Part shown: piece after piece, positions 48,982-57,667 of the stretch
How the letters are laid out: the number at the start of each line of letters is the position of its first letter
Position numbering within the stretch: position 1 is the first letter of the stretch
Program-made: the position numbers and the translations under genes
Notes under the pieces: generated by a model
Told to the model about the DNA's origin: nothing
Seen by the model: the letters and a program-made list of their open reading frames with translations, nothing else
The model's database searches: none
Assembly (NCBI RefSeq): GCF_947500705.1
Contig: NZ_CANMSY010000008.1
Span: 66,159-130,158, forward strand
Direction of reading: 5' to 3'
Length of the DNA stretch: 64,000 nt
From: an uncultured Brachybacterium sp.
GTDB lineage: Bacteria; Actinomycetota; Actinomycetes; Actinomycetales; Dermabacteraceae

Positions 48982-49148
48982 ACGTTCATCTCCTGCCGCT
49001 CGTTCCTCGCAGTTCGTCGCCGAACACTGCTCACTGCGTTCATCTCCTGCCGCTCGTTCCTCGCAGTTCGTCGCCGAACACTGCTCACTGCGTTCATCTC
49101 CTGCCGCTCGTTCCTCGCAGTTCGTCGCCGAACAATGGTGCTCATACG
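48974..49148 (-). repeat. MIRU-like intergenic element: 2.8 x 54-bp tandem unit flanked by an 11-bp direct repeat
   Basis: Units at 48983-49036, 49037-49090 and 49091-49134 (partial) are identical; GTGCTCATACG at 48974 and 49138. Confidence 0.93.
48978..49145 (-). CDS. Repeat-encoded 55-aa small ORF, translationally coupled on both sides
   Basis: MSTI-(VRRRTARNERQEMNAVSS)2-VRRRTARNERQEMNV*; its ATG overlaps the ATPase TGA and its TGA overlaps the permease ATG (both ATGA). Confidence 0.5.
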   Translation of the reverse strand: MSTIVRRRTARNERQEMNAVSSVRRRTARNERQEMNAVSSVRRRTARNERQEMNV

Positions 49149-50713
49149 ATCTCTCCTTCGTCGGCGAGCTGGGAGTCAGTGGTACGGGCGCCGGCGGCGA
49201 CAGCCTCACGGGCGGCCTCGACGCTGTAACCGGCCATCATCAGGCCGAGCACATCGCGATCCTCGTCCCCCGGGACGATCCCCAGGATCTTCCCGCGGTA
49301 CATCACGGCGATGCGATCCGCGAGCTGCGTGACTTCGTCGAGCTCGGTGGAGACGATCACCACCGGGGTGCCCTTGTCCCGCTCGTCGAGGATGCGGCGG
49401 TGGAGGAACTCGATCGAGCCCACGTCCACGCCGCGGGTGGGCTGGGAGGCGATCAGGAGAGCGAGCTTGCGGTGGAGCGCGCGGGCCATGACGACCTTCT
49501 GCTGATTGCCGCCGGACAAGGTGGAGACGGCGGACACCGCCGATTCTGTGCGGATGTCGAACTCCGGGATCAGGCGCTCCGCGTTCTCGCGGATGGTCCT
49601 GAGCTTCATCGCCAACGCGCTGCCGAAGGGCGCGCGGTCGTGCTGGTCCAGAACCAGGTTCTCGGCGACGGAGAAGTCGGCGACCAGCGCGTCGTGGGTG
49701 CGGTCCTCGGGGACGAAGCCGACGCCGGCGTCGAGCACCTGTTTGGTGGTGCGTCCCACCAGTTCCTGTCCTTCGAGCTTCGCCGAACCGTGCACGGTCT
49801 CCTGCAGCCCCAGCAGGGCTTCGGTGAGCTCGGTCTGGCCGTTGCCCTGGACGCCTGCGATCGCGAGCACCTCGCCGTGGCGCACCTCGAAGGAGACGCC
49901 GTCGAGGGTCCTGGTCCCGGCCGCATCGCTGACCCGCAGGTCGGTGACCTGGAGCGCGATCTCGCCGGGGGTGGCCGCAACCTTGTCCTGCGCGAGGGAG
50001 ACCTGGCGACCCACCATCAGCGACGCGAGCTCCGCCTGGTCCGCGGACGGGTCGGCCTCGCCGACGACCTTGCCGCGACGGATCACGGTGATGCGATCGG
50101 AGACCGCCTTGACCTCGCGGAGCTTATGGGTGATGAACACGATCGAGGTGCCCTCGTCCCGCAGCTGACGCATGATCTCCATCAGCTCGTCGGTCTCGTG
50201 CGGGGTGAGCACGGCGGTGGGCTCGTCCAGCACCAGCACCTCGGCACGACGGCTGAGCGCCTTGATGATCTCGACGCGCTGCTGGGCACCGACGGGCAGG
50301 TCCTCGACCAGGGCGTCGGGATCGAGATCGAAGCCGAAGCGGGCGGAGATATCCCGCACCAGCTTCCTGGCGGCGGCGAGGTCGAGCAGACCACCCTTGG
50401 TCGGCTCGTTGCCCAGCACCATGTTCTCGGCGACGGTGAAGACGGGGACCAGCATGAAGTGCTGATGGACCATCCCGATGCCGGCGTCCATCGCGTCGCC
50501 GGGGTCGGAGAAGGTGACCGGGGTGCCGTCGATGACGATCTGCCCGCCATCGGGCCGGTAGAGCCCGTACAGCACGTTCATCAGGGTCGACTTGCCGGCC
50601 CCGTTCTCACCCAGCAGGGAATGGATCTCCCCCGGTTCGACGACCAGGTCGATGGCGTCATTGGCCACGAATCCCCCGAAGGTCTTCGTGATCCCGCGCA
50701 GTTCGAGTTTCAC
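49142..50713 (-). CDS. Nucleoside/sugar ABC transporter ATP-binding protein (two NBDs)
   Basis: GENGAGKST, VGAQQRVEI, LDEPT and LSGGNQQK. Confidence 0.93.
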   Translation of the reverse strand: MKLELRGITKTFGGFVANDAIDLVVEPGEIHSLLGENGAGKSTLMNVLYGLYRPDGGQIVIDGTPVTFSDPGDAMDAGIGMVHQHFMLVPVFTVAENMVLGNEPTKGGLLDLAAARKLVRDISARFGFDLDPDALVEDLPVGAQQRVEIIKALSRRAEVLVLDEPTAVLTPHETDELMEIMRQLRDEGTSIVFITHKLREVKAVSDRITVIRRGKVVGEADPSADQAELASLMVGRQVSLAQDKVAATPGEIALQVTDLRVSDAAGTRTLDGVSFEVRHGEVLAIAGVQGNGQTELTEALLGLQETVHGSAKLEGQELVGRTTKQVLDAGVGFVPEDRTHDALVADFSVAENLVLDQHDRAPFGSALAMKLRTIRENAERLIPEFDIRTESAVSAVSTLSGGNQQKVVMARALHRKLALLIASQPTRGVDVGSIEFLHRRILDERDKGTPVVIVSTELDEVTQLADRIAVMYRGKILGIVPGDEDRDVLGLMMAGYSVEAAREAVAAGARTTDSQLADEGEIV

Positions 50714-50782
50714 AGCGCTCGCTTCCGTCGGTGCAGGCCGGGCGCCCCGGCGGTGTTCAGGCAGTGGTGTTCAGACATGGGA

Positions 50783-50814
50783 CGCGGCCCCCGCCGTTTC
50801 AGACGGGGACCGCG
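50783..50814 (-). terminator. Stem-loop after the solute-binding gene (terminator or mRNA-stabilising hairpin)
   Basis: CGCGGTCCCCG-10nt-CGGGGGCCGCG on the - strand, 11 pairs including one G-U. Confidence 0.5.
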
Positions 50815-50831
50815 CTCGGATCAGCCGATGC

Positions 50832-51950
50832 TCAGACTCCCGCGGGAGCAGCCTCGGACTCGACCTTGACGGTGCCGTCGATGATCTCCTGCTCGAGGGC
50901 ATCCAGCTCTTCGGTGAGCTCTGCCGGGACGTCCTCCTCGAAATCGTGGAAGGGGGCCAGGCCCACTCCGCCGTTCTCGAGGGTGCCGACGTACGGGGTG
51001 GCGTCGAACTCGCCACCGGCAGCACCGGCGATGACATCCTCGACGCCCACGGTCATCTCCTTCATGACGGAGGTGAGGATGACCGACTGCGCCTCGGGAT
51101 CGGCGGAGTTGGTCTCGTAACCATCCGCGTCCACCCAGATCACCTTGCGGTTCTCGCCTTCCTTGGCAGAGGCGAGCGTACCGGCACCGACGGGACCGGC
51201 CACCGGCATCACGATGTCTGCTCCGGCGTTGTAGAACTCGTCGGAGACTGCCTTGCCCTTGGACTGGTCCTCGAAGGTGCCGACGATGGAGCCGGACTGG
51301 GTCTCCTTGTTCCAGCCGAGCACCTCGACGTCCTCACCGTGGGTCTCGTTGTAGTGGGCGACGCCGTCGACATAGCCGTCCATGAAGATGGTGACGGTGG
51401 GGATGTCCACGCCGCCGTAGGTGGCGACCTTGCCGGTCTCGGTCATGCCCGCGGCCAGGTAGCCGGCCAGGAACGCGGCCTCGGCGGTGTTGAACTCGAG
51501 GGGCTTGACGTTCTCCAGCTCGAGCGGAGCGCCGTCGGCGTCCTGAGCGGTGGAGTCGACGATCGCGAAGTCGGTGTCGGGGTTCTCCTGCGCGGCCGCA
51601 CCGGTGGCCGGCGCCAGCAGGAAGCCGACGGTAATGATGAGATCGCAGCCCTGGGTCACCATGTTGTTGATGTTCGGGGCGAAGTCGGAGACGGTCGTGG
51701 ACTCCGCGGTCTGCGTCTCGACGCCGAGATCCGCCTTCGCATTCTCGAGGCCCTTGAAGCTGGACTCGTTGAAGGACTTGTCATCCCAGCCGCCGGCGTC
51801 GGAGACCATGCAGGCCTTGTAGTCGCTCGAGGCGCCGCCGGCATCGCTGCCGCCGTTGCTCCCTGCGGTCTCCTCCGGGGCGGTGCCGCAGGCGGCGAGG
51901 GTCAGGGCGCCGGCGCCGACCAGGGCGAGGGCACGCGTGATGCTCTTCAT
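50832..51950 (-). CDS. BMP-family nucleoside-binding lipoprotein
   Basis: Lipobox LAAC; GGWDDKSFNES, VIWVDADG and TSVMK. Confidence 0.92.
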   Translation of the reverse strand: MKSITRALALVGAGALTLAACGTAPEETAGSNGGSDAGGASSDYKACMVSDAGGWDDKSFNESSFKGLENAKADLGVETQTAESTTVSDFAPNINNMVTQGCDLIITVGFLLAPATGAAAQENPDTDFAIVDSTAQDADGAPLELENVKPLEFNTAEAAFLAGYLAAGMTETGKVATYGGVDIPTVTIFMDGYVDGVAHYNETHGEDVEVLGWNKETQSGSIVGTFEDQSKGKAVSDEFYNAGADIVMPVAGPVGAGTLASAKEGENRKVIWVDADGYETNSADPEAQSVILTSVMKEMTVGVEDVIAGAAGGEFDATPYVGTLENGGVGLAPFHDFEEDVPAELTEELDALEQEIIDGTVKVESEAAPAGV

Positions 51951-52001
51951 GAAGGTTCCTTCGGGTCAGATGTGGGGCCGGATCGCCCCGTGGGGTCCGT
52001 G

Positions 52002-52017
52002 GCGACAGCGCTGTCGC
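52002..52017. promoter_or_regulatory. Perfect 16-bp palindrome, candidate LacI-family operator
   Basis: GCGACAGCGCTGTCGC about 50 bp upstream of the BMP start. Confidence 0.5.
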
Positions 52018-52154
52018 AGTGCGATCTGGACCATATCCGCGCGAGGCGCCTGCGGGGGGCCGCTTCGGTTCCAGTCCGTGAACCGTTATGAAATCGACGC
52101 GGATGTGACGTATACGCGAACGCGACGTGACCCTGAGAGTCCCTGCCAGGTCGC

Positions 52155-53396
52155 TCAGGCGGGGAGCAGATCCCGCTGGACACAGGCCGCCGCGAGCACC
52201 GAGGCGCCGATCCCGATCGCGCGCTCATCGATCATCAGGTCCCCCATGTGGAGGTCGAAGGTGCGTCCGCCCGGGGTGCGGGTGCCGAGCCGGGCCAGCG
52301 CCCCGGGCACCTTCTCGAGGTACCAGGCGAAGTCCTCGCCGCCGAGGGACTGCGCGGTCGGATCGAGGTTCTCCCGGCCGAGCACGCCGCTCACCGCGGC
52401 AGCCAGCACCTCGACGCTGGCGGGGCTGTTGGACACCGGCGGCACGCCGCGGTCGTGCGTGACCCAGGCGTCGACGCCCCAGGGGCGCACGAGATCCGCG
52501 AGCACCGACTCCAGCAGCTCCTCGGCCCGGTCCCAGGCGTCATGATCCAGGCAGCGCAGGGTTCCCTCGAGGGTGCCGCTGCTGGGGATCGCGTTGAAGG
52601 CGGAACCGGCATGGATGCTGCCCCAGGTGAGGTTCACGCCCGAGCGCGGGTCCATCCGGCGGGTCAGCGCGGCCGGCAGCTGGGTGGCGATGGAGCTGAG
52701 CGCATAGACCAGGTCCTGGGTGAGATGGGGTCGGGAGGTGTGCCCGCCGGCTCCGCGCACCTGGATCTTCACCGGATCCGTGGCGGAGGTGATCGGGCCG
52801 GACTTCAACCCGACGTGCCCGACGTCCACGCCCGGATCGCAGTGCAGGGCGAGGATCGAGTCCACGCCGTCCAGCACGTTCTGGCCGATCAGTTCGAGGG
52901 CGCCGCAGGGATGCATCTCCTCAGCGGGCTGGAAGACCAGCCTGACCCCTCGGTGCAGGCCGCCGACCTCCGCCACCCGCACCAGGGCCGTCGCCGCTCC
53001 CAGCACCGCGCTCATGTGGACGTCGTGCCCGCAGGCGTGGGACACCCCGTCGACGGAGGAGCGGAAGGCGACGGTGCTCAGCTCGGGGATGCCGAGCGCG
53101 TCCATATCGGCGCGCAGGGCCATCAGGCCGAGCGAAGGGTCGTTGCCGGGGATGTCGCAGATGAGGCCGGTCTGCGCCATGCGCTGCGGGGCGAGACCCA
53201 GTGCGGCGAGCTGCTCGGCGATGTAGTCGGTGGTCGCGTGCTCCTGATGGGAGAGCTCGGGGTGCCGATGGAGATGGCGCCTGACCTCGCGGAGGTCCGC
53301 GGACTTCTCGGCGACCGTCCGGGCGATCAGGCCCTCCGGTCCCAGCATCGACCGCTGCTGCACGGTCCCCAGCAGGACCTGCTGCGACTGCTCCAC
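52155..53396 (-). CDS. M20 amidohydrolase (hippuricase-like); start 53396 or 53348
   Basis: LHRHPELSHQE, ALRADMDAL, HACGHDVH, FQPAEE and GGEDFAWY. Confidence 0.92.
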   Translation of the reverse strand: MEQSQQVLLGTVQQRSMLGPEGLIARTVAEKSADLREVRRHLHRHPELSHQEHATTDYIAEQLAALGLAPQRMAQTGLICDIPGNDPSLGLMALRADMDALGIPELSTVAFRSSVDGVSHACGHDVHMSAVLGAATALVRVAEVGGLHRGVRLVFQPAEEMHPCGALELIGQNVLDGVDSILALHCDPGVDVGHVGLKSGPITSATDPVKIQVRGAGGHTSRPHLTQDLVYALSSIATQLPAALTRRMDPRSGVNLTWGSIHAGSAFNAIPSSGTLEGTLRCLDHDAWDRAEELLESVLADLVRPWGVDAWVTHDRGVPPVSNSPASVEVLAAAVSGVLGRENLDPTAQSLGGEDFAWYLEKVPGALARLGTRTPGGRTFDLHMGDLMIDERAIGIGASVLAAACVQRDLLPA

Positions 53397-53487
53397 CTGT
53401 GTACTCCCTGCGTCCGTTCGGGATGGCCGTCGGCGGGGCTCGCCGGGGGCCGGTGCCGTTCGCGGTGGCCGTTGCAGGCGGTCGACG

Positions 53488-54699
53488 TCAGCGCAGGTGG
53501 CCCAGTCCCCGCTCGTCAAGGCGGGCGACGAGCGTCGTGAGGTCCTGCGCGTGCGCGTCGGCGAGCACCAGCAGCGCGTCCTCGGTGTCGACGATGCTGA
53601 TGCCGTCCAGCCCGACCAGGGCGATATGGCGATCCGTGGCACCGTACACCGTGGCCCGTGAGGAGACAGCATCGACGTCGGCGCTTCCCAGCACCCGGAC
53701 ATCACCGCCATCGCCGGCGCCAGGAGGCTCGTCCCCGTCGGCCGCCCGACGGTCCGGGGCACCGATGCCCCGGAAGTCCGCTCCGCTTCCGGCGCGCAGC
53801 TGCTGGGCGAGCGCCGCGAAGTCTCCGACGTCGTCCCAGCCGAAGCCGGCGGGCACCACTGCGACCTTCCCTGCTGCGGCGAGCGGCTCGGCCAAGGCAT
53901 GATCGATGGCGATCGCGGTGAGCCGGGGCCATACCCGTGCGAGCACCTCGTCGTACTGCTCGGTGCCGTGCGCGGCGGCGAGCTCACGCACCCCGTGCGC
54001 GAGCGGCGGGATCTGGGCGGCGAGCTCATCGAGCAGCACGGAGGCGCGCACCACGAACATGCCGGCATTCCAGAGGAATCGTCCGGTGCTCAGGAACACC
54101 TCAGCACGTTCGCGGTCCGGCTTCTCCACGAAGCGGGCGACGGGAAGCGCCCCGCTCGCTGCGAGCGCCTCGTCGCCCTGCACGGGATCTCCATGCTCGG
54201 CGGGCGCCGATGCCGACTGCTCGATGTAGCCGAATCCGGTGGCCGGGAAGGTCGGCTGGATTCCCAGGGTCACCAGGTAGCCGAGTTCTGCCGCCTGCCG
54301 GGCGCTGGCCACGGCGCGGGCGAAGGACTCCTGGTCGTCGACCAGATGATCCGCGGCGAAGGAGCCGATGACCGCCTCCGAGTGCTCCCGTTCCACGAGG
54401 GCGGCGGCCAGCGCGATGGCGGGCATCGAGTTGCGAGGGGAGGGCTCGGCCAGCACCACGGCCGCCATGCCGAGCTCACCCAGCTGCTCACGCACCGCCG
54501 CCTCATGGCTCACCCCGGTGACCACGATCGGGGCCTGGTCCGTCAGCGGCGCCAGTCGCTCCATCGTGCCCTGCAGGAGGGAGCGGCCCTCCCCCGTGAG
54601 ATCGAGCAGGAACTTGGGCCGGGAGCGGCGTGAGAGCGGCCACAATCGGGTCCCGGCGCCACCGGCGGGGATCACGGGCACAAAAGGAGCCTGGGGCAT
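53488..54699 (-). CDS. manC: Mannose-1-phosphate guanylyltransferase
   Basis: AGGAGTRLWPLSR..PKFLL, EPSPRNS, FVEKPD, WNAGMF and WDDVGDF. Confidence 0.92.
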   Translation of the reverse strand: MPQAPFVPVIPAGGAGTRLWPLSRRSRPKFLLDLTGEGRSLLQGTMERLAPLTDQAPIVVTGVSHEAAVREQLGELGMAAVVLAEPSPRNSMPAIALAAALVEREHSEAVIGSFAADHLVDDQESFARAVASARQAAELGYLVTLGIQPTFPATGFGYIEQSASAPAEHGDPVQGDEALAASGALPVARFVEKPDRERAEVFLSTGRFLWNAGMFVVRASVLLDELAAQIPPLAHGVRELAAAHGTEQYDEVLARVWPRLTAIAIDHALAEPLAAAGKVAVVPAGFGWDDVGDFAALAQQLRAGSGADFRGIGAPDRRAADGDEPPGAGDGGDVRVLGSADVDAVSSRATVYGATDRHIALVGLDGISIVDTEDALLVLADAHAQDLTTLVARLDERGLGHLR

Positions 54700-54975
54700 C
54701 GTCCCAGCGTATCGGTCCGACGGTCGAGGTCCATGAGTCCTCCGTCGCCGACGCCACGGACCGCGCCGTGCCGCGCATCAGCGGCCCTGCCTGGTGCTAC
54801 GCTGGCAATGCCCCTGTCGGGGGCGATGATGATGTCGCCGTGTCGTGAAATGTTCGTCCGCGAGGCGTCCAGGACGCGATGGCCGCCCGAGTTCCGCCCG
54901 GCCGCGCCGGGCGCCGTGCTCCATGGCATCTCGTCACCGTTCCCGGCTTCATCCCGACGCTTCTGGAGGATCTCC

Positions 54976-55353
54976 GTGGCTTCAGCCCAATCCGGGACGC
55001 TCTATCGCGGACGCGAGGGCATGTGGTCCTGGGTCGCCCACCGCATCTCAGGAATGCTCATCTTCCTGTTCCTGCTGGTGCACGTCCTGGACACCGCTCT
55101 CGTCCGTGTCTCCCCCGAGGCGTACAACGAGGTGATCGGGCACTACAAGACGGTGGTGTTCGGCCTCGGCGAGGTCGGCCTCGTCGGCGCGATCCTCTTC
55201 CACGCCCTCAACGGCCTGCGCATCATCCTGGTGGACTTCTGGTCCCAGGGGACCAAGCGCCAGCGCAGCCTGTTCTGGGGTGTGGTGATCGTGTGGGCCA
55301 TCCTCATGGCCGGCTTCCTCCCCCGCCAACTCATGCACATGTTCGGAGCGTGA
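54976..55353 (+). CDS. sdhC: Succinate dehydrogenase cytochrome b subunit
   Basis: LYRGREGMWSWVAHRISG and FHALNGLRIILVDFW; SD GGAGG. Confidence 0.93.
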   Translation: MASAQSGTLYRGREGMWSWVAHRISGMLIFLFLLVHVLDTALVRVSPEAYNEVIGHYKTVVFGLGEVGLVGAILFHALNGLRIILVDFWSQGTKRQRSLFWGVVIVWAILMAGFLPRQLMHMFGA

Positions 55354-55355
55354 CC

Positions 55356-55814
55356 ATGAGTGCACAGACCGGAACCTCTATCCCGGATCCCACCACCCGC
55401 TACCGCCGCACCGGACAGCGCGGGATCAACGCCGAGATGCTCTCGTGGATGTTCATGCGAGCCTCCGGCGTGCTGCTGGTGATCCTCGTCTTCGGCCACC
55501 TCTTCGTGAACCTCTGGCTCGGCCAGGGTGTCAAGGGCATCGACTTCGCCTTCGTGGGCGGCAAGTGGGCCTCCCCCTTCTGGCAGGTCTGGGACCTGCT
55601 GATGCTGTGGCTGGGCCTGATCCACGGCGGCAACGGCGTACGCACGATCATCAACGACTACGCCCGCGGTGATCGTCTGCGGATGGTCCTCAAGGGCCTG
55701 CTCTACTTCGCCGTGGTCGTCACGATCATCCTGGGCACCCTGGTGATCTTCACCTTCGACCCCTGCCCCGTCGGCGCCGAGCCGAGCCTGCTGCCCTCCT
55801 TCTGCGAGGGCTGA
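55356..55814 (+). CDS. sdhD: Succinate dehydrogenase membrane anchor
   Basis: FMRASG..L...GHL and HGGNGVRTIINDY. Confidence 0.92.
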   Translation: MSAQTGTSIPDPTTRYRRTGQRGINAEMLSWMFMRASGVLLVILVFGHLFVNLWLGQGVKGIDFAFVGGKWASPFWQVWDLLMLWLGLIHGGNGVRTIINDYARGDRLRMVLKGLLYFAVVVTIILGTLVIFTFDPCPVGAEPSLLPSFCEG

Positions 55815-55821
55815 CGCCCCT

Positions 55822-55857
55822 GGGGCGGTCGATCCCATCGACCGCCCCTTTCCTTCT
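55822..55857 (+). terminator. Intrinsic-terminator-like hairpin inside the sdh operon
   Basis: GGGGCGGTCGAT-CCC-ATCGACCGCCCC followed by TTTCCTTCTT. Confidence 0.6.
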
Positions 55858-55891
55858 TCCCGGTCGACCCGAAACGGAGCAGTCACCAGAC

Positions 55892-57667
55892 ATGCAGACC
55901 CATAACTACGACGTGGTGATCGTCGGCGCCGGCGGTGCCGGCATGCGCGCGGCCCTGGAGTCCTCGAAGAACTCCCGCACCGCAGTCGTCACCAAGCTCT
56001 ATCCCACTCGCTCCCACACCGGCGCGGCCCAGGGCGGCATGTGCGCCGCCCTCGCCAACGTCGAGGACGACAACTGGGAATGGCACACCTACGACACCGT
56101 CAAGGGCGGTGACTACCTGGTCGACCAGGACGCCGCCGAGATCATGGCCAAAGAGGCCATCGACGCGGTGCTCGACCTGGAGAAGATGGGGCTGCCCTTC
56201 AACCGCACCCCCGAGGGCAAGATCGACCAGCGCCGCTTCGGCGGGCACACCCGCGACCACGGCGAGGCCCCGGTGCGCCGCTCCTGCTATGCCGCGGACC
56301 GCACCGGCCACATGATCCTGCAGACGCTCTACCAGAACTGCGTCAAGCAGCAGGTCGAGTTCTTCAACGAGTACTACGTGCTCGATGTGCTCATGACCGG
56401 CGACCCGCGCAGCGACGAGGGCGTGCGCGCCTCCGGCGTGGTCACCTACGAGCTGGCCACCGGCGAGCTGCACATCTTCCGCGCGAAGTCCGTCATCTTC
56501 GCCTCCGGCGGCTTCGGCAAGATCTTCAAGACCACCTCGAACGCCCACACCCTCACCGGTGACGGGCCCGCGATGGCATTCCGCCGCGGCATCCCGCTGG
56601 AGGACATGGAGTTCTTCCAGTTCCATCCGACGGGCCTCGCCGGGCTGGGCATCCTGCTCTCCGAGGCGGCCCGCGGCGAGGGCGGCATCCTGCGCAACAG
56701 CGAGATGGAGCGCTTCATGGAGCGCTACGCCCCCACGCTCAAGGACCTCGCTCCCCGTGACGTCGTGGCGCGAGCGATGGCGAACGAGGTGCGAGAGGGC
56801 CGCGGCGCCGGCCCGAAGAAGGACTACGTCTTCCTGGACCTCACCCACCTCGAGCCCTCGCACATCGATGCGAAGCTCCCGGACATCACCGAGTTCGCGC
56901 GCACCTACCTCGGGGTCGAGCCGTACACGGATCCGATCCCGGTGTTCCCCACTGCGCACTACGGCATGGGTGGCATCCCCACCAACGTCCGGGGTGAGGT
57001 GCTCCGCAATGCGACCGACGTGATCCCCGGGCTGTACGCCGCCGGGGAGACCGCGTGCGTCTCCGTGCACGGCGGCAACCGCCTGGGCACCAACTCCCTC
57101 CTGGACATCAACGTCTTCGGTCGCCGCGCCGGCATCGCCGCAGCGGAGCACGCCGCGACCGTGGACCTGCCCGAGCTGCCGGAGGGCCTCGAGCTGCCCA
57201 CCGTCGAGCTGCTCGAGCGGCTGCGCGACCGTCCCGCGACCGAGGATCGCATCGCCGACATCCGCAGCGCACTGCAGGAGACGATGGACGCGAACGTCCA
57301 GGTGTTCCGCACCGACGAGACCTGCCGCCAGGCCCTCGCCGACATCAAGGGACTCAAGAAGCGCTACGAGACCGTCGCCATCCAGGACAAGGGGCGGCGC
57401 TACAACCTCGACCTGATGGAAGCCGTGGAGCTGGGCTTCCTGCTGGACCTCGCAGAGATCGTGGCGCTCGGCGCGCTCGAGCGCAAGGAGTCCCGCGGCG
57501 GCCACTTCCGTGAGGACTTCGAGAAGCGCGACGACGTCAACTTCCTCCAGCACACCATGGCCTATCGAACCCTCCCCGACGAGGAGGGCCTCGAGGGCAC
57601 CTCGATCCGCCTGGGCACCAAGCCCGTCGTGATCACCCGTTACGAGCCGAAGGAGCGTACGTTCTGA
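55892..57667 (+). CDS. sdhA: Succinate dehydrogenase flavoprotein
   Basis: GAGGAG, RSHTGAAQGG, QFHPTG, HYGMGG, HGGNRLGTNSL and ESRGGH. Confidence 0.97.
   Translation: MQTHNYDVVIVGAGGAGMRAALESSKNSRTAVVTKLYPTRSHTGAAQGGMCAALANVEDDNWEWHTYDTVKGGDYLVDQDAAEIMAKEAIDAVLDLEKMGLPFNRTPEGKIDQRRFGGHTRDHGEAPVRRSCYAADRTGHMILQTLYQNCVKQQVEFFNEYYVLDVLMTGDPRSDEGVRASGVVTYELATGELHIFRAKSVIFASGGFGKIFKTTSNAHTLTGDGPAMAFRRGIPLEDMEFFQFHPTGLAGLGILLSEAARGEGGILRNSEMERFMERYAPTLKDLAPRDVVARAMANEVREGRGAGPKKDYVFLDLTHLEPSHIDAKLPDITEFARTYLGVEPYTDPIPVFPTAHYGMGGIPTNVRGEVLRNATDVIPGLYAAGETACVSVHGGNRLGTNSLLDINVFGRRAGIAAAEHAATVDLPELPEGLELPTVELLERLRDRPATEDRIADIRSALQETMDANVQVFRTDETCRQALADIKGLKKRYETVAIQDKGRRYNLDLMEAVELGFLLDLAEIVALGALERKESRGGHFREDFEKRDDVNFLQHTMAYRTLPDEEGLEGTSIRLGTKPVVITRYEPKERTF

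Noticed and set aside
48983-49134. Possible CRISPR array
   Set aside because: Repeats are head-to-tail with no unique spacers, the unit is 54 bp, and there are no cas genes
48982-49209. Cys-containing repeat N-terminal extension (CSATNCEERAAGDER) of the permease
   Set aside because: It would overlap the ATPase 3' end; the ATG at 48981 has its own SD and the ATGA coupling, so the extension is better explained as an open frame of the repeat
54700-54975. Long manC/sdhC intergenic region as a possible riboswitch or sRNA
   Set aside because: Holds two plausible TACGCT -10 boxes and only short stems; no recognisable Rfam core
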